Origin: a virus
Reading direction: 5' to 3' (one strand)
Virus record (IMG/VR): IMGVR_UViG_3300032323_003201
Coordinates: 8,062 to 72,061 of that record
Length of the DNA stretch: 64,000 bases
Position 1 is the stretch's first letter. Each line of letters opens with the position of its first letter. The translations under genes were made by a program, and so were the position numbers. Shown here in pieces: positions 58,090-64,000 of this stretch. The notes under the pieces were generated by a model. It ran no database searches. It was given only the letters and a program-made list of their open reading frames with translations, and was not told the DNA's origin.

Positions 58090-58140
58090 CTTTTTTAACT
58101 TTTTATCTTGTAAAAATATAAACAATAATTTATATCAAAG
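58090..58140 (+). promoter_or_regulatory. Conserved promoter upstream of primase-helicase
   Basis: TTAACTTTTT-ATC-TTGTAA-N17-TATATC. Confidence 0.5.
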
Positions 58141-58175
58141 ATGTTGTTATTTTTTATCGATCAAACTGGAGAGCC

Positions 58176-61100
58176 ATGATGAGCAACAGAACCACACCTA
58201 TCAGATTTGTACCACCCACAGAGTGCAATGCTATTTATACTAATTTTCTAACTAAGGCAATGGGGACAAAAGGAAACATTAAGCTACAAGAAGCCTATGA
58301 TTACAACACTTGCGATTACAAGATTGGTCAAGAGTCTATCTATGATTTAAATCAAATTGCTATTCTAAGCAAGATTGGTATTTCCCCTGCTAGACAAACA
58401 ATCACAGATAAATCAAAGCCTAATCGTAAGCCTTTGGCAGATCAAGTTTTAGTGTCAACAGGTGCATTTGCCACCAAGCTCATTGATACAAAGGTAGCAA
58501 GAAAAGTAGGCAACGCAGAGGCATATTCACTAAGTGCTGGTAATGTGCTTAAAGCCTTAAACATTTTCTTAGATGTTGATTTTAAGGGTGAAGCTCTTGA
58601 TATGTATCATGCAGATATGAGAACAATCCATGCAACAAATATCGTGTCTAATTGGCTTACAACAAAGATCAAGGAAGAGGTAGAGTTTTTAAAGTCAAAG
58701 AAGGGATTAGGACAAGCTCCCAATGTTATCTCTCTCTCAAAAAATGGTCTGCATTTCCATTGGCACATTGATTTAAAGTGTGGTTGGTCTGAAGAAGGTA
58801 TACAGTATCTTTCACAGCTTGATCAAAAGACACTTCAAGTTTTTAAGGATGGTGCAGGTATCAATGATTTGAGTGAATTACAACCTCAATTTTTCACAGA
58901 TGAGAGAAAAGAGAGAGGTATTCAGACAGTACTAGATAATTTCTTTAAGGGTGATGGTGTAAAGAGAGGCTATGATGATAGAGCAAAAGATATAGGCTCA
59001 AGAAAAACTAGAGAAATTGGGATGTGGCACACTAAGAAGGAAGATGATCATTGGCTTATGAGACCATATGAAGCCAAAGATTTACTCTCAACTGCACCCC
59101 TTGTTATCACCTTGCCAGAGCTGACTAAAAAGGAAGCAAAGGCTATGAAGGAAGAGTTTGAAACCAAGATAGCAGAAGGCAAGATTTTATATAAGTACTT
59201 GAAGGGTGATGAGCTGATTACAGTTGGCAAGACAGGCTTAAAAGTAGAAATGCCACATGATACAATTACAGTGGCAGAGTTGAAGGAAAGATTTAGTGAG
59301 CTGGTGGATATGTATGGGAAGGATGGCAAGATGAATGCCATGCTCGATTTTGCAAGTCCCTTTGTAAAAAAACCATACTCATCTATTGGTGGTGCTTTTG
59401 TAAGTTTAAGTGATGATGATGCCTTGATGATCAACTTAGTGCATTCCAATAAGCCACTTGATGAAAAGGGACAGCCTATTAAGCTTTTTATCTTGCCTTC
59501 AGAGGATTTGAAAAAGAAGGTTACAAGAAAGGCTGCAATCAAGGCAATGAATTTGAGCTACAATGAGAAGGGGAAGATTGAGAAAACAACCCTTAATTTG
59601 CTCAATATCCTTCAAAATGATCCTGTCATCACCAGTGCTTACAAGCTAGACATTTTGAGAGGTGTAATGTGTGTGCATCACTTACTACATACAGATGACA
59701 CTAGACCAAATAACTGCCTTCGTTTCAATGAGTCTCTAGGTGAACAGATTATGGCATTTGTGAGAAAAGAGCCTTTTTCTTTTCTACATTGTGAAATGAT
59801 GTCAGCTCAAGATTTAACAGTACTCCAAGCATATATCCAACAAGTCTATGAAATTGGCTTTGAGGATATGCAAATGTGGGTTGCCTTGAATGCAGCCTTT
59901 TCAACCTCTGACAAGCTAGATGTTAAATTCAATCTATTGCATCAAAGCTTTTCTAAGCACTATCAAGATTGGGTCAAAGATGGTAAGAAGCCTGTGCTTG
60001 ATACTTGGCTACCAGATAGCTTGCATGTAGACAAATTCATCAATCCTGAATACTATGCTCATCTTAGTCTTGTAGGTCGTAAGCTACTTATTGGTATTTG
60101 CCAAAGAGCTTATGGCTTTGATAATCCTATCAAGCTTGAGCTTATGCTTGCGATTTTAGGTAAGGCACAAAACACAGGTAAATCAACCATGGCAGAAACT
60201 CTTGTTAGATCCTTGCTTGGTGTTTGGGGGACAGAGAGTAGTGTTGTGGGTGCTTTAGACTCTCGCTTTATCCTACAGACTAGACAAGATGATCAAAAGA
60301 CAGGTGACCAAATTTTATCCTATGCTGGCAAGCTCATCTATCTACTTGAAGAATTTGGTATGGATCAAGTTGGTAAGAAATCTGCAAATCTTCTAAAGAC
60401 CATGATTAGCGAAAAGAGTATCACAGGACGCACACCCTATTCAAAGGACGCAACCACTCTTAACTTTACTCACTTTATCCTATCCACAACAAATGATGAA
60501 AAGGTGTTGCACCAAGGGGATGGTGACCAAAGACGATTTTTGATTATTGACTTGGACAAAAAAGGCAATGATGGTAATTTTGCAATTCAGCTAGATGGTA
60601 AGGTGCAAGGCTACAATACAAATGAAGGAAATCGTGGCTTTATTGATAACAAGCTTATGAGCCAATTATTAAAGCAAGCTTGGGGTGAAGCATATGCCAG
60701 AGCGATACATGGGGATATTGACTTTGGCACAAGTAGAGAGCTACTAGAACAAAGATCTGCAAGACATACTTACACAGGCCAAGTCATTAGTAATGTAAAT
60801 ATCGTTTGTGAAATGCCTCGCTTGTCATCTGCTGAAAGAAAGCATATCGCAGCCTTCAACAAAGAATACGAAATGCGAAATGATCGTATTGATGACTTGC
60901 TCATTAAATTCTTCAAGGATAAGTCAGATATTTATAGCTTTAGCTTTGATGATATTGTATCTGGTATTGAAGAAAAGACACAGGTTAAAAACCCTGCTGT
61001 TGTGTCCAATGCTCTCAAGGGATTGAAATACCCACTACACAAATTCACAACCAAGAACAGAAGTGTTTGGTGCTTTGTAGATGCACAAGGTAAGGCACTT

Positions 61101-61676
61101 GATGAAAACCCTTACAAGAATTTTGATAGAGAAGCAGAGGAAGATGATCCAGTGAAGCTAGAAAAGAGCCAAAAGGCACAAGAGAAGGCACTCATGGAAG
61201 CTCAAATAGAAGAGCTAAAGCGATTAGTAGAACAAAAGCAAGCTGAAATTTCCACATGGCAAGAAAAGGCAACCCAAGCAGAGATGAAGAGCAGAGAGGT
61301 TGAAACTAAGACAGAGCTTGTTATCCTACAATCTAAACCTATTGATTATGGATTTACACCTGAGCTAGAAGAAGACGATGATGATGATGATACAGTCTTT
61401 GAAATTGTGGCCAAGCAAAGCTCTGGTGTGGTTAATGTGAATATTGACCATTTAACTGACAACCAAGTGCATAAGGTAAATGCTATGACCCAAGCCATTG
61501 TAGAGAAGCAAATTATTGAACAAATAGCAAATGCACCCAAGCCTATTGTGATTGAGACACCACAGGTCTTTGATGTACACTCACCCTTTAAATCCCCCTT
61601 GGACACGCTTGATTTGAATAATCTTGACCCTCGAATTATGGAGCGATTTAAGAAAAAAGTTAAAAAAAGAAGTTGA
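58176..61676 (+). CDS. Primase-helicase (AEP-like N-terminus plus VirE/SF3-like P-loop helicase)
   Basis: FLDVDF and SKNGLHFHW (AEP motifs); Walker A GKAQNTGKST, Walker B YLLEE, motif C STTN, RTPY and DQRRF. Confidence 0.8.
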   Translation: MMSNRTTPIRFVPPTECNAIYTNFLTKAMGTKGNIKLQEAYDYNTCDYKIGQESIYDLNQIAILSKIGISPARQTITDKSKPNRKPLADQVLVSTGAFATKLIDTKVARKVGNAEAYSLSAGNVLKALNIFLDVDFKGEALDMYHADMRTIHATNIVSNWLTTKIKEEVEFLKSKKGLGQAPNVISLSKNGLHFHWHIDLKCGWSEEGIQYLSQLDQKTLQVFKDGAGINDLSELQPQFFTDERKERGIQTVLDNFFKGDGVKRGYDDRAKDIGSRKTREIGMWHTKKEDDHWLMRPYEAKDLLSTAPLVITLPELTKKEAKAMKEEFETKIAEGKILYKYLKGDELITVGKTGLKVEMPHDTITVAELKERFSELVDMYGKDGKMNAMLDFASPFVKKPYSSIGGAFVSLSDDDALMINLVHSNKPLDEKGQPIKLFILPSEDLKKKVTRKAAIKAMNLSYNEKGKIEKTTLNLLNILQNDPVITSAYKLDILRGVMCVHHLLHTDDTRPNNCLRFNESLGEQIMAFVRKEPFSFLHCEMMSAQDLTVLQAYIQQVYEIGFEDMQMWVALNAAFSTSDKLDVKFNLLHQSFSKHYQDWVKDGKKPVLDTWLPDSLHVDKFINPEYYAHLSLVGRKLLIGICQRAYGFDNPIKLELMLAILGKAQNTGKSTMAETLVRSLLGVWGTESSVVGALDSRFILQTRQDDQKTGDQILSYAGKLIYLLEEFGMDQVGKKSANLLKTMISEKSITGRTPYSKDATTLNFTHFILSTTNDEKVLHQGDGDQRRFLIIDLDKKGNDGNFAIQLDGKVQGYNTNEGNRGFIDNKLMSQLLKQAWGEAYARAIHGDIDFGTSRELLEQRSARHTYTGQVISNVNIVCEMPRLSSAERKHIAAFNKEYEMRNDRIDDLLIKFFKDKSDIYSFSFDDIVSGIEEKTQVKNPAVVSNALKGLKYPLHKFTTKNRSVWCFVDAQGKALDENPYKNFDREAEEDDPVKLEKSQKAQEKALMEAQIEELKRLVEQKQAEISTWQEKATQAEMKSREVETKTELVILQSKPIDYGFTPELEEDDDDDDTVFEIVAKQSSGVVNVNIDHLTDNQVHKVNAMTQAIVEKQIIEQIANAPKPIVIETPQVFDVHSPFKSPLDTLDLNNLDPRIMERFKKKVKKRS

Positions 61677-61701
61677 TCATATATAAAGATTTTGCTATAC
61701 T
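61673..61701 (+). promoter_or_regulatory. Sigma70-like promoter
   Basis: TTGATC-N17-TATACT with an extended TG. Confidence 0.6.
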
Positions 61702-61732
61702 CACCATATAACCCCCAACACAAAGAGGTTTT

Positions 61733-62242
61733 ATGGCAAAGCAAAACCAAAACGATTTACCATGGGAAAATGATCCATTTGTGGATGAAATCCTATCTGC
61801 TCAAGCAACAAGACAATCTGCTTACTTTGTACCTGGTCATTACCTTGTGCGAATTTTGAATTTCAAGAGAGCTGAAACTCGTAAAAAGAGACCCTTCATC
61901 GTGCTTGAAACAGTGGTGCTTGATAGTGATGTAAGTGACTTCCCACAAGGAAGTGAAGCTACTTGGATGCAAATGCTTGATATGGACACAGCTGCTGGCA
62001 ATATCAAAAATTTTATTACAAGAGCCTTGAATGTAGAAGCAAATTCTGTTACAAAGGATGTGTTGATTAGAGCATTGGCTCAAAATCCTCAAACTGGTCG
62101 ATCCAATCTAGCAGGTCTCAAGCTTGAAATCACAGCCAAAGAGATTATAACCAAATCAGGTAATCCCTTCACTGTGCTATCATTCATCCCTGTGCCTGCT
62201 GGAAAGCAAGACACTGCTACTAAATTGGGTGACCTACTCTAA
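61733..62242 (+). CDS. Putative single-stranded DNA-binding (OB-fold) protein
   Basis: YFVPGHYLVRI...TKSGNPFT pattern; follows the primase-helicase. Confidence 0.5.
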   Translation: MAKQNQNDLPWENDPFVDEILSAQATRQSAYFVPGHYLVRILNFKRAETRKKRPFIVLETVVLDSDVSDFPQGSEATWMQMLDMDTAAGNIKNFITRALNVEANSVTKDVLIRALAQNPQTGRSNLAGLKLEITAKEIITKSGNPFTVLSFIPVPAGKQDTATKLGDLL

Positions 62243-62351
62243 ATCCAAGGCTAAAAAGCTTGGTTTGCTTTGTATACAGTGGTAGGGGTTAAACTTTACC
62301 ACTGTTTAAATTAAAATCTTGGCTCTTGCCTCGATGGAATAGACAACATAG

Positions 62352-62386
62352 AAATCCCCTGTCGCAAGATGGGGGATTTTTATTTA
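62352..62386 (+). terminator. Intrinsic terminator
   Basis: AAATCCCCTGTC-GCAA-GATGGGGGATTT followed by a T-rich tract. Confidence 0.75.
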
Positions 62387-62435
62387 TGGCCTTTATCCTT
62401 TTCATGTATCATGCTAAAAAAAGGAGATAAGACAA

Positions 62436-62723
62436 ATGCCAGCACCTATGAAAGCAAGAAAGATTGAAGGCACACCAATTACAAGCCTTAATTTTTTCAC
62501 ACCCCAACAATACAGCTTTGATAATTTTGACTCATCCAATATCTTAAGATACTTCTATGTGCCTATGACAAACATGCTCACTGTGCTTTTTGTATCTGGT
62601 CATGTGTATGAATATTTTGGTGTCCCTATGTATGTAGTAGACGCTTGGAATAAAGCAGGCTCAAAGGGTCAATACCATTACTATTTTATTCGCTTAAAAT
62701 ACTATTATAGGAAAGTTGTTTAG
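62436..62723 (+). CDS. KTSC-domain protein
   Basis: SSNI...Y......L.V.F.SG.VYEY.GVP.......A.SKGQY...IR signature. Confidence 0.85.
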   Translation: MPAPMKARKIEGTPITSLNFFTPQQYSFDNFDSSNILRYFYVPMTNMLTVLFVSGHVYEYFGVPMYVVDAWNKAGSKGQYHYYFIRLKYYYRKVV

Positions 62724-63450
62724 CAATCTCATCCCATGCCTTGAGCTTTTCATTTGCCACCCTTTGGTCTACCTCTTGGGATATCAGAAAGAGCTGTGTA
62801 GAAATAGGAAAGGCTAGTGTTACAAGTCTTAGGATTGCCTGAGCAAACTCACGAATTTCAGCTTGTGCATGCTCATCAAGTCTTAGAGCAAGGAAGTGAA
62901 GCACAGCCTGTAAATCTGCCTTCCAAATGCATTCACTATACATGCCAACAGGGAGCTGTACTCGTGCTTGCTCTCTACAAATCCCTTGGTCAAGCATCCA
63001 ATTGTAATTTTTGAAGGCAATCTCATAGCTTTCCATGAGCTTGGCATGTGCTTGCTCTGCAATGTCATCTTTTACCTCACCATAGCTAGATTGCTTACTT
63101 GTCTTATGCTGTAATCGCCAAGTGTGTGGCACAAATGCTTGTTCTTCTACCTCAACATATCTAGCACTTACTTCATTCCATGTACAGCCAATGGTGTGTT
63201 TCATCCACTGCCTAAGTACAAAGATGGGAGCTTTCACCCTAAATTTACAAGTGACCATTCTAAAGGGTGATGTGTGCTGGTGCATCCAAAGGTATTTCAT
63301 GAGCTTAATATCCTTATCCCCCATGCTTGGGGAAAAGCCTTTAAAGCTAACCCTTGCAGCATTCGCAATATCAAGGTCTGTTCCAAGTGTATCAATCAGC
63401 TCTACAAAGCCTTCAAATACTTCAATCGATGTTGTCTTTTGATTAAGCAT
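62686..63450 (-). CDS. thyX: FAD-dependent thymidylate synthase
   Basis: NAARVS, HTSPF, PIFVLRQWMKH, WNEVSARY, REQAR..LP and LRLDEHAQAEIR; start MLNQK after RBS AAGGAG. Confidence 0.93.
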   Translation of the reverse strand: MLNQKTTSIEVFEGFVELIDTLGTDLDIANAARVSFKGFSPSMGDKDIKLMKYLWMHQHTSPFRMVTCKFRVKAPIFVLRQWMKHTIGCTWNEVSARYVEVEEQAFVPHTWRLQHKTSKQSSYGEVKDDIAEQAHAKLMESYEIAFKNYNWMLDQGICREQARVQLPVGMYSECIWKADLQAVLHFLALRLDEHAQAEIREFAQAILRLVTLAFPISTQLFLISQEVDQRVANEKLKAWDEIAKQLSYNSILSE

Positions 63451-63624
63451 AGATTTTGCTCCTTTCATGTGTGAATATCGATATACCATAAACAGATCAG
63501 AAGGATGATTTTTTGACTTGCCTAAAAATAGCAATATAAAAGATTAAAAATTTAACTTTTTTGATTGATCAAATATAGAATTTTGTTTATATATAAACTT
63601 GCTGTTTATTCTTAAGGAGGATTT

Positions 63625-64000
63625 ATGCAGATTCAAGACATTGCCAAAAGATTACCTATTGGTATAGAAGTGCCTATCATAGGCTTTGATACAGAAACAT
63701 TTTTGATTGGTGCAACAGGAGAAACCCCACGCCTTGTATGTGGCACTTTCTCTATGCCAGATGTAGAGCCTAGCTCTCTCTTTGCACAAAAGATGATTGT
63801 GCTAAGTAGCACCCATTTAGATAAGACCTTGCTTTTAGATCCTATGGACACTGTCAAGCTCTTTAGAAAAATTTTGTTAGAGAGTAATGCAATCATAGCT
63901 ATTCACAATGCAAAATTTGATTTGCTTGTATTGATTGAGCAAGACCCATCACTGACACCAATCATTATTAGTGCCTTAAAGCAAGGCAGATTGATTTGCA
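63625..64000 (+). CDS. Family A DNA polymerase, N-terminal 3'-5' exonuclease domain (3' partial)
   Basis: Not in the ORF track because it runs off the window end. RBS AAGGAGG; MQIQDIAK...IIGFDTET (ExoI)...HNAKFDL (ExoII); upstream TTAACTTTTT-TGA-TTGATC-N17-TATATA promoter. Confidence 0.8.
   Translation, partial: MQIQDIAKRLPIGIEVPIIGFDTETFLIGATGETPRLVCGTFSMPDVEPSSLFAQKMIVLSSTHLDKTLLLDPMDTVKLFRKILLESNAIIAIHNAKFDLLVLIEQDPSLTPIIISALKQGRLIC

Noticed and set aside
896-62092. Many antisense or alternate-frame ORFs overlapping long genes
   Set aside because: Shadow ORFs arising from codon bias; no RBS or recognisable motifs.
63633-63896. Minus-strand 87-aa ORF in the track
   Set aside because: Shadow of the plus-strand DNA polymerase exonuclease domain starting at 63625 (DTET and HNAKFD motifs, strong RBS).
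1-64000. tRNA, rRNA, introns/inteins, IS elements, integrase, alternative genetic code
   Set aside because: No cloverleaf or rRNA-like stretch recognised. nrdA, nrdB and thyX are uninterrupted and of normal length. No transposase or tyrosine integrase motifs. Genes are densely packed under the standard code with all three stops used.

Overview
AT-rich segment of a tailed dsDNA phage genome with a contractile tail (myovirus-type; the portal, capsid and sheath module resembles SPO1/Twort-like organisation). In order: the C-terminal end of the large terminase; two very long repeat-rich fibre genes; a G/C-tract non-coding element; a lysis-like cassette with a degenerate ThyX paralogue, an SLT transglycosylase and a dCMP deaminase; portal, prohead protease, capsid, neck, sheath and tube genes; a four-gene antisense paralogue array; a frameshifted tail chaperone; tape measure, baseplate and fibre genes; promoter-bearing accessory genes; a leftward nucleotide-metabolism block (Nmad1-like, DUF550/MazG-like, nrdAB, SspD-like PAPS-reductase family, beta clamp, RecU-like); a second, inverted copy of the G/C-tract element about 40.5 kb from the first; a methylase island (two orphan HsdM, Dam, serine recombinase, candidate res sites); primase-helicase, SSB-like, KTSC, ThyX and the start of a family A DNA polymerase. 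The main unexplained signals are the distant ~350-bp inverted repeat, the orphan DNA-modification arsenal together with a strong and specific avoidance of CG-core tetramers, the A-B-A'-B' antisense array with duplicated flanks, and the catalytically dead ThyX copy. I saw no tRNA, rRNA or CRISPR array. All calls come from reading motifs by eye; no database searches were run.
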